Assembly: GCA_019358915.1 (NCBI GenBank)
Contig: JAHHIM010000007.1
Location: 1 to 64,000, forward strand
Reading direction: 5' to 3'
Source of the DNA: Trichormus sp. ATA11-4-KO1
Lineage (GTDB): Bacteria > Cyanobacteriota > Cyanobacteriia > Cyanobacteriales > Nostocaceae
DNA: 64,000 nucleotides
Shown here: positions 54,159 through 64,000 of the stretch, piece by piece
How the letters are laid out: the number at the start of each line of letters is the position of its first letter
How positions within the stretch are numbered: the first letter of the stretch is position 1
The notes under the pieces: generated by a model
Database searches by the model: none
What the model was told of the DNA's origin: nothing
The model's input: only the letters and a program-made list of their open reading frames with translations
Position numbers and translations under genes: made by a program

Positions 54159-55145
54159 TTAGAGCAAAGCACCGCCACAGCTGGAGCCACATCCCGCAGT
54201 ACAACCGTAGCAATAGTTAGCTGTTTGGATATCATTAATTAAGTTTAAACTGCCAAATTCTAGCAATTTGGCGACTGTGAGTGATTCACCATTGGTAGTT
54301 TTTGCAGGTAGATTCATCATCTGGTTAAAATCGCAATCATACACGTTGCCTAGGTAGTCAATTGATAATTCATCTCGACACATTAAATGTTCAACTGTAC
54401 TGTGATTGAAATGCGACTCTAGAAACTGCAAATAGCTAGTATGCAGCTTTTTCCGTTCTAAATGCATTTTAGTTCTGCCAACTGGCAGGTTAGTAATGGT
54501 GAATAGGTTGTTAAATACAATGTCAAAATGTTCTTGCAAGAACATTTTGTAATCTCGCTCTAGGTTAGTCTGTTCAGGCGCTAAGGAGAACTTTTCATTT
54601 GCAGGTAAAGGCGGATTATACACCAAGTCCAAAATTAAATTTGGTTTCTTGCCATAGCCGAGTTGATTAAGCCATTGTAATGCTTTAATTGAACTGTCAA
54701 AAACACCAGTTCCCCGCATTTTATCGACATTATCTGCTAGGTAGCAAGGCATGGAAGCAACAACTCTCACTTGGTGTTTAGCACAGTATTCTGGTAAATC
54801 ACCGAACCCATCTTCAAAATAAATGGTCAAATTAGACCGAACAATCACCTGTTTACCTGTTGATCTGGCTGCTTCTACCAGTGGCTTAAATCCATAATTA
54901 ATCTCTGGTGCGCCACCAGTTAAATCTACAGTTTGAATTTCGGGGAATTTGTAAATTAAAGCAATTAACTGTTCGCAAATTTGAGGAGATAGTTCTTCTG
55001 TGCGTTTCGGACTTGCTTCGACATGACAATGTGTGCAGGCAAGGTTACAACGCTTACCCAAATTAATTTGTAAAACAGATATATTCTTTTTTGTTAAAGG
55101 AGAATTTAATTTATCTTTAAATGTATTGATTGCTGTAGTTAGCAT
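54159..55145 (-). CDS. arsS: Arsenosugar biosynthesis radical SAM protein
   Basis: CNLACTHC, DLTGGAPE, YDCDFNQ, C-terminal CYGCTAGCGSSCGGAL. Confidence 0.92.
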   Translation of the reverse strand: MLTTAINTFKDKLNSPLTKKNISVLQINLGKRCNLACTHCHVEASPKRTEELSPQICEQLIALIYKFPEIQTVDLTGGAPEINYGFKPLVEAARSTGKQVIVRSNLTIYFEDGFGDLPEYCAKHQVRVVASMPCYLADNVDKMRGTGVFDSSIKALQWLNQLGYGKKPNLILDLVYNPPLPANEKFSLAPEQTNLERDYKMFLQEHFDIVFNNLFTITNLPVGRTKMHLERKKLHTSYLQFLESHFNHSTVEHLMCRDELSIDYLGNVYDCDFNQMMNLPAKTTNGESLTVAKLLEFGSLNLINDIQTANYCYGCTAGCGSSCGGALL

Positions 55146-55196
55146 TATTTATTACTCCTGATAAGTGATTAATTATGGGAAAAAGTTAAGTTTTGC

Positions 55197-56153
55197 TCAT
55201 TGCAATAATCTATAGGTGATTCCACTAATAATTGTGGCAGTAGGTAAAGTTAAAATCCACGAAACTAGAATCTGATAAAAAACATGCGTATGGGCTTTTT
55301 TGGTAATTAGTCCCACACCAAAAATAGAACTAACTGAAACTAGAGTCGTAGACACAGGCAATCCAAAATAACTAGCCGCAATAACCAAAAATCCAGTTGC
55401 CATGTTGGCAGATAACCCTTGATTGCAATTCATTGAAGTGATTTTTTCACTCATGGTGTGTGCAATTTTTTGTGAGTTTAATAAACCACCAAGTCCCATT
55501 GCCATTGCTATTGTTAGCATTCCTCCCTGAATTGAAAAATAATCAATAATCAGAATGAGTGAAACAATCTTGGGAGTATCATTTAAGCCTCTCGTAAAAC
55601 TAATCATACCAGCACTAATAAAATGACAAATATCAATTATTCGCTGGTCAATTGGCAGTTGCAATTTTGAATTAATATAGTGTAATAAATTGTAAATTCC
55701 TGCTCCTAATAAAATAGCAATAATAGGACTAAGAAATAGTGGTAAGATAAAAGAGCTTCCCAAAACTGCAAAATTAACTTTGAGTCCAATAGCCACTAGT
55801 CCAGCACCGAGTAATGCACCTGTGATAGTGTGAGTTGTGGAGATGGGAAATCCGGTCAAGGCAGCGATTAGCACGGTCAAACCAGTAGTAATTGCTACTG
55901 ACAAATGAATTTCTGGTACATTAGCGATCGCATCTGGAAATATGCCTTGACCAGTAAACTTTTCTACAACACTGCTTGCCAAGAAAATAGAAGTTACGGC
56001 ACCTGCAAAAGTTGTCACACTAGCCCACAAAATGGCTGTTTGATAGCTGGTTGTCCGGCTACCAAACAGCGTTGCTACACCTTTAAAGTTATCGTTGGCT
56101 CCATGAGAATAGGCTAAAAAAAGTGTAGCCAGAAATAAACTGATTATTAACAT
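55197..56153 (-). CDS. PiT-family inorganic anion transporter
   Basis: GANDNFKG, PISTTH, GLNDTPK, PVSTT; ATG 56153. Confidence 0.9.
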   Translation of the reverse strand: MLIISLFLATLFLAYSHGANDNFKGVATLFGSRTTSYQTAILWASVTTFAGAVTSIFLASSVVEKFTGQGIFPDAIANVPEIHLSVAITTGLTVLIAALTGFPISTTHTITGALLGAGLVAIGLKVNFAVLGSSFILPLFLSPIIAILLGAGIYNLLHYINSKLQLPIDQRIIDICHFISAGMISFTRGLNDTPKIVSLILIIDYFSIQGGMLTIAMAMGLGGLLNSQKIAHTMSEKITSMNCNQGLSANMATGFLVIAASYFGLPVSTTLVSVSSIFGVGLITKKAHTHVFYQILVSWILTLPTATIISGITYRLLQ

Positions 56154-56170
56154 TTTTGGGGCGTTAAAAG

Positions 56171-57139
56171 TTAACAGCAACCACCGCCATTATAGTGCCA
56201 GGTTGAATGGGTAATCATGATTTCATTTGGCTGTAAAGCTGCAAGTTTAGCCGCAGTTTTATCACACACTGCCGCAGGAATACCACGCTGAAGCAGATGT
56301 CCCGCCGAGTCATCAAAAAAAGATTCTGCACCAGCATAAATTGCCGTCTTGCCTGTGAATATACAAGCACCATCTTCGGGAATATCTACTTTGAAACAAA
56401 CAGAATCGAGACTTTCTAGCAGGAGATTGTCTTCTAGATGATACGTCTGAGAATCTAGCAGACGATAAGGGCGACGGGCACGAATTTCAATTTGACCAAA
56501 ACCAGCATTGATGATGCGTTGAGTATACTCTTCATAGGTGAGCGCCCCTGACAAACACATGGCGCGTAGTCGTTCATCTTGTTGTAGATGTGCGGGAATT
56601 GGACAAGTCGCAATAGGATCACTCATCTGCAAGCGTCCACCTGGTTTTAACACCCGATATGCTTCTTTTAAAGCACGAGTTAAATCTTCTGGTTCAAAGA
56701 TGTTAAAAAGGCAATTCTGCGCCACGATATCGACGCTAGCGTCAGCTACTGGTAGGTTAAAGGCATCACCTGCACGAATTTCCACAAAGCTGGTATCAAA
56801 CCAGGCATTTTCTGTAGCAGCAATTTTGAGGTTACGTGTGGCAGCTTCTCGCATAGCTGCAACTGGTTCAATGGCAATTACAGCACCTGAACGGCGGGAA
56901 AAATAAGCGAATTGCAATGCTTCTAACCCACCGCCAACACCAACATAAAGTACTGTGGGTTGGTGGGAAAGTTCAGTGTGGTGAACAGTTGTACCACAAC
57001 CATAGTTCATTTCCTGCATTGGCAAAGGAATGTTCAATCCTGGTAATTGCAGGGACGTACTTTGGACACAACAAAGTCCTACTTGCGGTGTTTCTGCCAC
57101 TTCACTATAAAACTGTGCTGCTGTTTCTAGATAGGTCAT
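56171..57139 (-). CDS. arsM: Arsenite methyltransferase (arsenosugar pathway type)
   Basis: GLCC, MNYGCG, VGVGGG, QNCLFN, C-terminal GGGCC; clustered with arsS. Confidence 0.92.
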   Translation of the reverse strand: MTYLETAAQFYSEVAETPQVGLCCVQSTSLQLPGLNIPLPMQEMNYGCGTTVHHTELSHQPTVLYVGVGGGLEALQFAYFSRRSGAVIAIEPVAAMREAATRNLKIAATENAWFDTSFVEIRAGDAFNLPVADASVDIVAQNCLFNIFEPEDLTRALKEAYRVLKPGGRLQMSDPIATCPIPAHLQQDERLRAMCLSGALTYEEYTQRIINAGFGQIEIRARRPYRLLDSQTYHLEDNLLLESLDSVCFKVDIPEDGACIFTGKTAIYAGAESFFDDSAGHLLQRGIPAAVCDKTAAKLAALQPNEIMITHSTWHYNGGGCC

Positions 57140-57342
57140 TATGGTCTTAATCTTGTATATTGCCGTGTAGATTTCACTCTGTGCATCCTAATATAACTAA
57201 CCATGATTTAAATGAATTTTTCCTGAGAGCAAGATAACCTGCAAATGCTTATACAATAGGCTTGTTTGGCACAGCAGCATCAACAGGAATGACCGTGCGA
57301 ATATCCAAGCCCTCCACAAAGTGTAGCGGATTTGGAGATAAT

Positions 57343-58017
57343 TCACTCACGCAAGACGTAGCCGACACCACGCACAGTTTGAATCAGGCGCTTTTCGTTA
57401 TTGGTTTCGAGTTTCAGGCGCAGGTAACGCACGTACACTTCAATAATGTTGGAATCGCCCATGAAGTCATAACCCCAGACTTCCTCTAGAATGCGATCGC
57501 GTGTAATTACCTGTCGCGGATGAGTGAGTAAATACTCTAGTAAATCAAATTCTTTGGCAGTTAAATCAATTAACCTCTGTCCCCTAAACACTTCTCGTGT
57601 GCGCCGATTCAAACTCAAGTCTTCAAATTCTAAAATATCTGCGGCGTCTGCTTCCTTACTTCTGCGCAGATGAGCGCGGACTCTGGCTAATAATTCTTCA
57701 ACGCTGAAGGGTTTAACTACGTAGTCGTCAGCACCAGCATCTAAGCCGGCAACGCGATCGCTCACTTCATCTTTAGCCGTTAATAAAATTACTGGCACTT
57801 GATCGCCAGTACTTCGCAGGCGGCGACAAATTTCTAAGCCCGACAAACCAGGCAGCATCCAATCTAAAATTACTAAGTCTGGATGTAACTCTCTCGCTGC
57901 GGTGAGCGCAGTTAATCCATCGTAGGCGACACTGACTTGATAGCCTTCATAACTTAGTTCCAATTCTATAAATCGCGCCAGTTTGACTTCATCTTCAACC
58001 AGCAAGACGTGCGTCAT
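57343..58017 (-). CDS. OmpR-family response regulator
   Basis: LVEDE, LDWMLP, KPF, winged-helix IQTVRGVGY. Confidence 0.95.
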   Translation of the reverse strand: MTHVLLVEDEVKLARFIELELSYEGYQVSVAYDGLTALTAARELHPDLVILDWMLPGLSGLEICRRLRSTGDQVPVILLTAKDEVSDRVAGLDAGADDYVVKPFSVEELLARVRAHLRRSKEADAADILEFEDLSLNRRTREVFRGQRLIDLTAKEFDLLEYLLTHPRQVITRDRILEEVWGYDFMGDSNIIEVYVRYLRLKLETNNEKRLIQTVRGVGYVLRE

Positions 58018-58206
58018 AGATGATGTTAAGGATTTCAGCAGGGTAAGTTAAGCAACAAATACAGACTGGTAACACTTTAGAGAGGTGCTGAGGCTAATAA
58101 ATAGCCAGACATCTAATTAGGTTGACTTAGCTTAGTATAGATTTGAGTAAGTAACAACCGTAAGTCTGTAATTACCGATAGCTGCTGAGCAAACCACTAC
58201 CCAACT

Positions 58207-58494
58207 TTAGCAATAAGCTGTAACGTCTTCACCACATTCATCTGCAAGGTAGCAAAGCGCTTTGAAACGCAGACTTACTAACTGCTCATAAAAAGGGTTT
58301 AATTTACACATTGCCGGAATGTGAAACAGCTGTTGACCAAATAGTATAATATCTCTTTCAAACGGGCATTGGGCAGGTATAGCTCTACACAAGAAATGCG
58401 CTAGCTTGGCATGATGAATTTCTCTACTTTCCAACCACACACGAACTAGGTGCAGTAGGTTGTTTTGTACCCGGATATGAGTCAAGCTTGTCAT
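58207..58494 (-). CDS. Mo-dependent nitrogenase C-terminal-domain family small protein
   Basis: IPAQCPFERD, HIPAMCKLNPFYEQL, LADECGED; ATG 58494. Confidence 0.85.
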   Translation of the reverse strand: MTSLTHIRVQNNLLHLVRVWLESREIHHAKLAHFLCRAIPAQCPFERDIILFGQQLFHIPAMCKLNPFYEQLVSLRFKALCYLADECGEDVTAYC

Positions 58495-58755
58495 AATTTC
58501 ACCTTCAGAATTCATTAGCTGGGAAGCTCTATACAATACATACATTTGAGTTCTGTGATTTTATGCAACGATTGTTTGTTCCTGGATTTGCCATATTTAA
58601 CTACAAATGCACGTCTTGGTGTTCCAGACGTTTGGCTAAACGCTAGGCTAGATATAGTGTTTCCAGGTTGTGTCCATTGCCATACGTTTCGGGTAAAGAA
58701 GAAGGGTTTAAATTTACCCCTTCACCTTTTCCCAAACCACAAGGGAGGTTGATTT

Positions 58756-59379
58756 ATGACTCATAACTTTCTCGGTAACAAAAAGCTACTCTTTGACCAA
58801 TGGGCACCAAGCTACGATTGGCTTTTCCCTTCGATAATTTACCAAGCTATCCACAAGCGGTTGCTGGAGTATGTGGATTTACCAAAGCAAGCAAATATAC
58901 TTGACATGGGCTGTGGTACTGGAAGACTACTTCAGCGCTTGGCAACTAAATTTCCTGACTTGTGTGGTACTGGATTAGATTTATCTTCTAATATGTTGCG
59001 GATAGCAAGACTGAGCAATCACCACCATCCACGCTTAATTTATATTGAGGGCAACGCTGAAGCTCTTCCCTTTGGTGAAGGTCAGTTTGATGCTGTCTTT
59101 AGCACTATCAGCTTCTTGCACTATTTAGCACCGCAACAGGTGTTGAGTCAAGTGGCGCGGGTGCTTTCTCCTGGTGGACGCTTCTATCTAGTTGACATCA
59201 CCACCAAAAAAGAAACCAAACCACAAGTTCTGCCCATCTCTCCTCGTGGTATCAGACTTTACAGTCCTCAGCAACGTGAACTTTTAGGCTCCTCGGCGGG
59301 ATTGTTGTGTTTGAGTCACTATTATTTACTAGGGCCTGTATTGCTAACAATTTTTGCTAAACCACCCTTAGATGAATAG
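58756..59379 (+). CDS. Class I SAM-dependent methyltransferase
   Basis: ILDMGCGTG, GLDLS, LSPGG. Confidence 0.92.
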   Translation: MTHNFLGNKKLLFDQWAPSYDWLFPSIIYQAIHKRLLEYVDLPKQANILDMGCGTGRLLQRLATKFPDLCGTGLDLSSNMLRIARLSNHHHPRLIYIEGNAEALPFGEGQFDAVFSTISFLHYLAPQQVLSQVARVLSPGGRFYLVDITTKKETKPQVLPISPRGIRLYSPQQRELLGSSAGLLCLSHYYLLGPVLLTIFAKPPLDE

Positions 59380-59514
59380 ATCATACATTTTGATATTATG
59401 ATCGCCTAATCTCTAGGCAGCAAAGAGGCGATCGCTAACAATTATAAAAATCGCAGGTCTTCATAATCTTAGCATTTTTATCTTGACATTTTGCTAAATA
59501 AATGATATTCAAAA

Positions 59515-60249
59515 TCAATCTGCGAAAACTTGGATTTCATCTAGTTGATTAATCACCACATCTGCGCCTTGGACATGATCTGATTTACCGACCCAAGTGA
59601 TCCCAATACAACCTGCGGCTTTGGCATTACGAGCCATTTGCATATCACCGACAGAATCCCCCACCATCAAAGTAGCGCTTGGTTGTACTTTCAGCGCTTG
59701 GCAAGCTTGCAAAAACAATACTGGATCTGGTTTACTTGGGCCATCATCTACTCCCTGTTGCACCTGGATATAATCACTTAACTCGTGTCGTGCTACAAAT
59801 TCAGTAACTTCGGCTGATGTGGCGGCTGAAATGATACCGAGTTTCACTCCTGCATTCGACAGAGACTTTAATACCTCCAAGCTACCTGGAAATATTGGTG
59901 CAGGAGTTGTGCCAAGATATTTTTCAGCTTCGTCTAAAGATTGACGAGCTATTTTTAACGACTCAAACCATCCTTTCCCGGTTTCAGCAATATATGCAGC
60001 TGCGGCAATTTCTGTTTCACGGCGACTCGCTACAGCTATTAAACCGGCTGGATCTAGGGTATTGCCATTGATGCCAAAGGCCATTAATAAGGGTTCCCCA
60101 ATTCCGGGAATTTGAGCGTCTATCATTCGCGCTCCTCTTTGTCCAAGCGATCGCAAATACGCTTCGGAGTCTTCTAAAGTACCATTTTTGTCAAAAAAAA
60201 TTGCCTGGATGTGAGAAAAAGTGATGTTTTTACATTTAATAGTTACCAA
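59515..60249 (-). CDS. HAD-family hydrolase
   Basis: FDKNGTL, KPDP, MVGDSVGD. Confidence 0.9.
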   Translation of the reverse strand: MVTIKCKNITFSHIQAIFFDKNGTLEDSEAYLRSLGQRGARMIDAQIPGIGEPLLMAFGINGNTLDPAGLIAVASRRETEIAAAAYIAETGKGWFESLKIARQSLDEAEKYLGTTPAPIFPGSLEVLKSLSNAGVKLGIISAATSAEVTEFVARHELSDYIQVQQGVDDGPSKPDPVLFLQACQALKVQPSATLMVGDSVGDMQMARNAKAAGCIGITWVGKSDHVQGADVVINQLDEIQVFAD

Positions 60250-60280
60250 AAGACGTCACCTCATTTAACAAATTGGCCAT

Positions 60281-60305
60281 AAAAAAAGAGGGGTTGTCCC
60301 TCTTT
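60281..60305 (-). terminator. rpsA terminator
   Basis: AAAGAGGG-ACAAC-CCCTCTTT followed by a T run on minus. Confidence 0.75.
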
Positions 60306-60355
60306 AATAAATACTTTAATACTCTTAGTTACAGACAAGTAAAACTACAGATGTA

Positions 60356-61507
60356 TTACTCTTCAATAGTGGCTGGAATTTCTTCTTCCATAGCAGTTAC
60401 AGCAGATACTTGTTCTTGAGTTTCTGTTGCTGCTGGAATTTCTTCTTCCGTTGCAGGTGGGATTTCTTCAGCCATAGCAGTTACAGCAGATACTTGTTCT
60501 TGAGTTTCCGTTGCTGCTGGAATTTCCTCTTGTGTTGCCGATGGAGTTTCTTCTTCTGTTGCAGGTGGGATTTCTTCTTCTGTTGCAGGTGCAGCAGTAA
60601 TACCTTGCTGTTTGGCTAGCATTTGTTCGCGATACCTAGCTGCCATTTCTTCGGCTTTATCGTAGACCAAATCACGGTTCTTGATCATGTCACCGGGTTC
60701 GGGTTCTAGCTGCTTAGTAGACAAAGAAATCCGACCTCGTTCTGCATCCAAGTCAATAATCATGACTTTAACTTCATCATTGACATTGAACACACTATGA
60801 GGCGTATCAATATGCTCGTGAGAAATCTCAGAAATGTGCAGCAGTCCACTGACACCACCAATATCGATAAATGCACCGTAAGGCTTGATCCCACGCACTG
60901 TACCAATTACTACTTCGCCTACTTCCAAGCGATTCATCTTCCGCTCAACCAGCGCTCGACGGTGGGATAGAACTAGGCGGTTGCGTTCTTCGTCTACTTC
61001 TAGGAATTTTAAGGGTAGTTCTTCGCCTACCAATTCTTCCTTGGGTTTGCGGGTGCTGATGTGAGAACCGGGGATAAAGCCGCGTAATCCTTCAATACGT
61101 ACCAATGCACCACCACGGTTAGTAGCAAACACACCAGAACGAACAGTAGCATCTTCTGCTTGTAACTGCCGCACACGCTCCCAAGCGCGCATGTATTCAA
61201 TGCGACGAATAGAAAGAGTTAGCTGACCATCTTCGTTTTCATCAGTGAGAATGAAAAACTCTCTGGTTTCGTTTGATTGTAAAACTTCTTCCGGGGCATC
61301 GACCCGGTTTATAGACATTTCTTGTATAGGTATGTAGGCTGCTGTTTTAGCACCTATGTCAATCAGAGCGCCGCGCGGCTCTATACTGAAAACTGTTCCT
61401 GGTACAATATCGCCAGGGCTGAAGTGATAATCGTACTTGTCAAGTAGAGCAGCGAAATCTTCGTGAGTAAATCCAATTTCTGTAGCGGTTAAGTTCTGAT
61501 TGACCAT
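60356..61507 (-). CDS. rpsA: 30S ribosomal protein S1 with an acidic repetitive C-terminal tail
   Basis: Three S1 domains (ALIDIGAK, GFIPGSH, GLLHISE); EEIPPAT-type repeats at the C-terminus. Confidence 0.97.
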   Translation of the reverse strand: MVNQNLTATEIGFTHEDFAALLDKYDYHFSPGDIVPGTVFSIEPRGALIDIGAKTAAYIPIQEMSINRVDAPEEVLQSNETREFFILTDENEDGQLTLSIRRIEYMRAWERVRQLQAEDATVRSGVFATNRGGALVRIEGLRGFIPGSHISTRKPKEELVGEELPLKFLEVDEERNRLVLSHRRALVERKMNRLEVGEVVIGTVRGIKPYGAFIDIGGVSGLLHISEISHEHIDTPHSVFNVNDEVKVMIIDLDAERGRISLSTKQLEPEPGDMIKNRDLVYDKAEEMAARYREQMLAKQQGITAAPATEEEIPPATEEETPSATQEEIPAATETQEQVSAVTAMAEEIPPATEEEIPAATETQEQVSAVTAMEEEIPATIEE

Positions 61508-61702
61508 GCTGATTTGTTCCTGGTTCTAGTCTCCGTAAAGTTTGTGGCATAGGCGTGATGTATATGCAAGGCACTAGGCGGCAGGTACACCTACATCTTT
61601 TTTCATCCTAGCGCAGAAAAGCTAGCACTAACACATATTAACTTCCAGATAGAAAATTATATCATGATTATTCTCTGAATTCTCATTATCCAGAACTAAA
61701 TT

Positions 61703-61719
61703 AGGGGGTCTCACCCCTC
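61703..61719. promoter_or_regulatory. HetR-box-like palindrome between psbT and rpsA
   Basis: AGGGGGTCTCACCCCTC; GGGGT-N3-ACCCC core. Confidence 0.45.
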
Positions 61720-61761
61720 ATACAAGTATTGATAAAAACTGTATTTGACTGATAAACATAG

Positions 61762-61800
61762 TTATCCGCCGTTACCACTATTAGTAACAGCGGATAAAAA
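61762..61800. terminator. Hairpin downstream of psbT
   Basis: TTATCCGCCGTTAC-8nt-GTAACAGCGGATAA. Confidence 0.65.
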
Positions 61801-61837
61801 GTTTGTATGCTCTTAAAAATCTGATCAGAGCAGCCTA

Positions 61838-61942
61838 TTAATCATCTTTCTTTTGGATGCGGGGGGGTTCGCGGAATGCGATCGCAAAGAAAAGAACTCC
61901 TATTGCCAGGGTCAAAATTAAGATGTACGCAACGCTTTCCAT
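61838..61942 (-). CDS. psbT: Photosystem II reaction centre protein T
   Basis: Manual translation [42 protein letters not shown]; absent from ORF track. Confidence 0.97.
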   Translation of the reverse strand: MESVAYILILTLAIGVLFFAIAFREPPRIQKKDD

Positions 61943-61991
61943 ATTAAAAGCTCCTGCTTATCCAGCCAGTAATGATAGTTGATCAATTTCA

Positions 61992-62055
61992 GGGATTGGG
62001 TATTGAGGATTGGGGATTAAGAAGACTTTTTCCCAATCCCTAATCCCTAATTCCC
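61992..62055. repeat. Inverted STRR heptamer arrays (GGGATT/AATCCC) between psbB and psbT
   Basis: gggattgggtattgaggattggggatt ... cccaatccctaatccctaattccc. Confidence 0.75.
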
Positions 62056-62060
62056 AAAAA

Positions 62061-63590
62061 TTAGAGGGCTTCCTTCCGGCGGGTTGTTTTATCACCCACT
62101 TTCTGGAACAGACCCCACTCAACTTGCTCTTCGAGATCCGCATCAACACCAGCAAATACGTCTCGGTAGATTGTCCGAGAACCATGCCAGAGATGACCAA
62201 AGAAGAATAACAGAGCAAATACAGCGTGTCCGAAAGTAAACCAACCTCTGGGGCTAGTGCGGAACACACCATCAGAGTTCAAGGTTTCCCGGTCAAATTC
62301 AAATATTTCACCGCCTTGAGCTTTACGGGCATACTTCTTCACATCGGCTGGATCTGTAAAGGTCTTGCCATCTAGATCACCACCATAGAAGCTGACAGTG
62401 ACACCCGTTTGTTCAAAGCTATACTTGGATTCTGCCCGACGGAAGGGAATATCAGCTCGGATAATCCCATCAGCATCGGTCAAGATTACCGGGAAGGTTT
62501 CAAAGAAGTTGGGGAGACGACGCACGGTTAGTTCCCGCCCATTAGCATCTTTAAATACCGCGTGGCCTTGCCAAGATTGGGCAATACCATCACCTTTGAC
62601 CATTGGGCCTGTACGGAATAGACCGCCTTTAGCAGGACTATTACCGACATAATCATAGAAAGCTAGTTTCTCAGGAATCTGTGACCAAGCTTCTGAAAGG
62701 GTTGCACCCTCCGCCAGGCTAGTTTGTACGCGACGTTCGATTTCCTGAGTGAAGTAACCTTGATCCCACTGATAACGGGTAGGGCCAAATAGTTCAATCG
62801 GAGTGGTAGCGTTACCGTACCACATCGTACCCGCAACAACGAAGGCTGCGAAGAATACCGCAGCAATACTGCTAGAAAGTACGGTTTCTATGTTCCCCAT
62901 CCGTAGGGCTTTGTATAGCCGTTCGGGAGGTCTGACTGTGAGGTGGAATAAACCAGCAATAATGCCAACAACGCCTGCTGCGATGTGGTGAGCAACAACG
63001 CCACCAGGGTTAAATGGGTTAAACCCGGCCGGCCCCCATTCTGGTGCTACTGGTTGGATGCTACCAGTAATACCGTAGGCATCAGAAACCCACATTCCCG
63101 GGCCAAATAGTCCGGTGAGATGGAAAGCACCAAAGCCAAAACAAAGTAGACCAGATAAGAACAGGTGAATGCCAAACATTTTTGGCAAGTCTAGAGCAGG
63201 TTCACCAGTACGGGGATCTCTAAAGAGTTCCAAATCCCAGTAAACCCAGTGCCAGACTGCGGCTAGGAATAACAAACCGGAAAGGACGATATGAGCGGCG
63301 GCAACGCCTTCAAATGACCAGAAACCAGGATCGGTGGCTGGCCCGCCAGTCACGTTCCAGCCACCCCAAGATTGGGTGACGCCTAAACGTGACATGAAGG
63401 GCAGGACGAACATTCCTTGACGCCACATCGGGTTGAGAACCGGATCACTGGGGTCATAGATAGCTAGTTCGTATAATGCCATTGAACCAGCCCAGCCTGC
63501 CACCAAGGCTGTGTGCATCAAGTGTACAGAAATCAATCGTCCTGGATCGTTCAGAACAACTGTATGTACTCGGTACCAAGGTAGTCCCAT
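62061..63590 (-). CDS. psbB: Photosystem II CP47
   Basis: [19 protein letters not shown], full 509 aa. Confidence 0.99.
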   Translation of the reverse strand: MGLPWYRVHTVVLNDPGRLISVHLMHTALVAGWAGSMALYELAIYDPSDPVLNPMWRQGMFVLPFMSRLGVTQSWGGWNVTGGPATDPGFWSFEGVAAAHIVLSGLLFLAAVWHWVYWDLELFRDPRTGEPALDLPKMFGIHLFLSGLLCFGFGAFHLTGLFGPGMWVSDAYGITGSIQPVAPEWGPAGFNPFNPGGVVAHHIAAGVVGIIAGLFHLTVRPPERLYKALRMGNIETVLSSSIAAVFFAAFVVAGTMWYGNATTPIELFGPTRYQWDQGYFTQEIERRVQTSLAEGATLSEAWSQIPEKLAFYDYVGNSPAKGGLFRTGPMVKGDGIAQSWQGHAVFKDANGRELTVRRLPNFFETFPVILTDADGIIRADIPFRRAESKYSFEQTGVTVSFYGGDLDGKTFTDPADVKKYARKAQGGEIFEFDRETLNSDGVFRTSPRGWFTFGHAVFALLFFFGHLWHGSRTIYRDVFAGVDADLEEQVEWGLFQKVGDKTTRRKEAL

Positions 63591-64000
63591 CGACTACGCT
63601 CCTCCTCGATGAGTTATGTTTACAAAGCAATTTTCTTACCGAGGTTCTGAGGGGCGGAAGTTGCCATTCAGTGAACTCTCTGAGTTTTTGTTATTGCCAG
63701 GATATTGAGTTTAACCACAACTGAGTCTTGATGAATCAGACCGTGTGGCTAGTTTGGCAATACCATGAGACTCTGGGTAGCTTTACCCCATAGAGTAGCG
63801 ATCGCTTGTAAACTGCCGAGTTATTTTCTCCAAGAAAACACCCCTCTGGTTTTTCAAAAACCAGACAAACGCCTATAAGACGTTTGGGCATTTGGACATA
63901 CTACGCTTTAGGAAGCTACCTTTTGAGCGTCTAGGCAATTGCCAAGCAAAAATGAGAATGTTTTAAAAAGTGTAACTATTGATGGACTTGTTTGCAAGCG

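Noticed and set aside
58207..58494. Mo-dependent nitrogenase C-terminal domain gene as evidence of a nif locus
   Set aside because: A small widespread cyanobacterial family; no nif genes are in the window.
61508..61837. Absence of nrdR between psbT and rpsA
   Set aside because: As I recall, direct psbB-psbT-rpsA order also occurs in other Nostocales, and no remnant is visible.
1..64000. High density of GCGATCGC
   Set aside because: Ordinary cyanobacterial HIP1 over-representation.

Overview
Chromosomal window from a heterocyst-forming cyanobacterium (Nostocales-like: abundant HIP1 GCGATCGC sites, heptameric STRR repeats, short dispersed repeats). Most of it is housekeeping and photosynthesis genes: 5' end of a psbA, ppc, petCA, ycf3, gatC, argJ, gatB, cyaB2, ftsH2, glmU, gor, hisC, rpsA, psbT, psbB. 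It also carries an arsM-PiT-arsS arsenosugar cluster, several decaying genes and small mobile remnants. The standout is a module at about 27.6-32.6 kb. It contains a second psbA whose D1 keeps all Mn4CaO5-cluster ligands, but the QB-binding loop IFQYASFNN (including Ser264/Phe265) is replaced by [14 protein letters not shown]. This gene is divergent from a putative HTH-NB-ARC-WD40 (STAND) protein across a 161-bp spacer with five phased AGT(T/A)A repeats, and the module sits between mobile-element debris and ftsH2. A second candidate system is a pair of ~55-nt putative sRNA genes between argJ and gatB. Each has a -10 box, a terminator hairpin and a HetR-box-like palindrome near -35. No rRNA, tRNA or CRISPR array was seen. 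Family assignments come from recognising sequence motifs, not from database searches.
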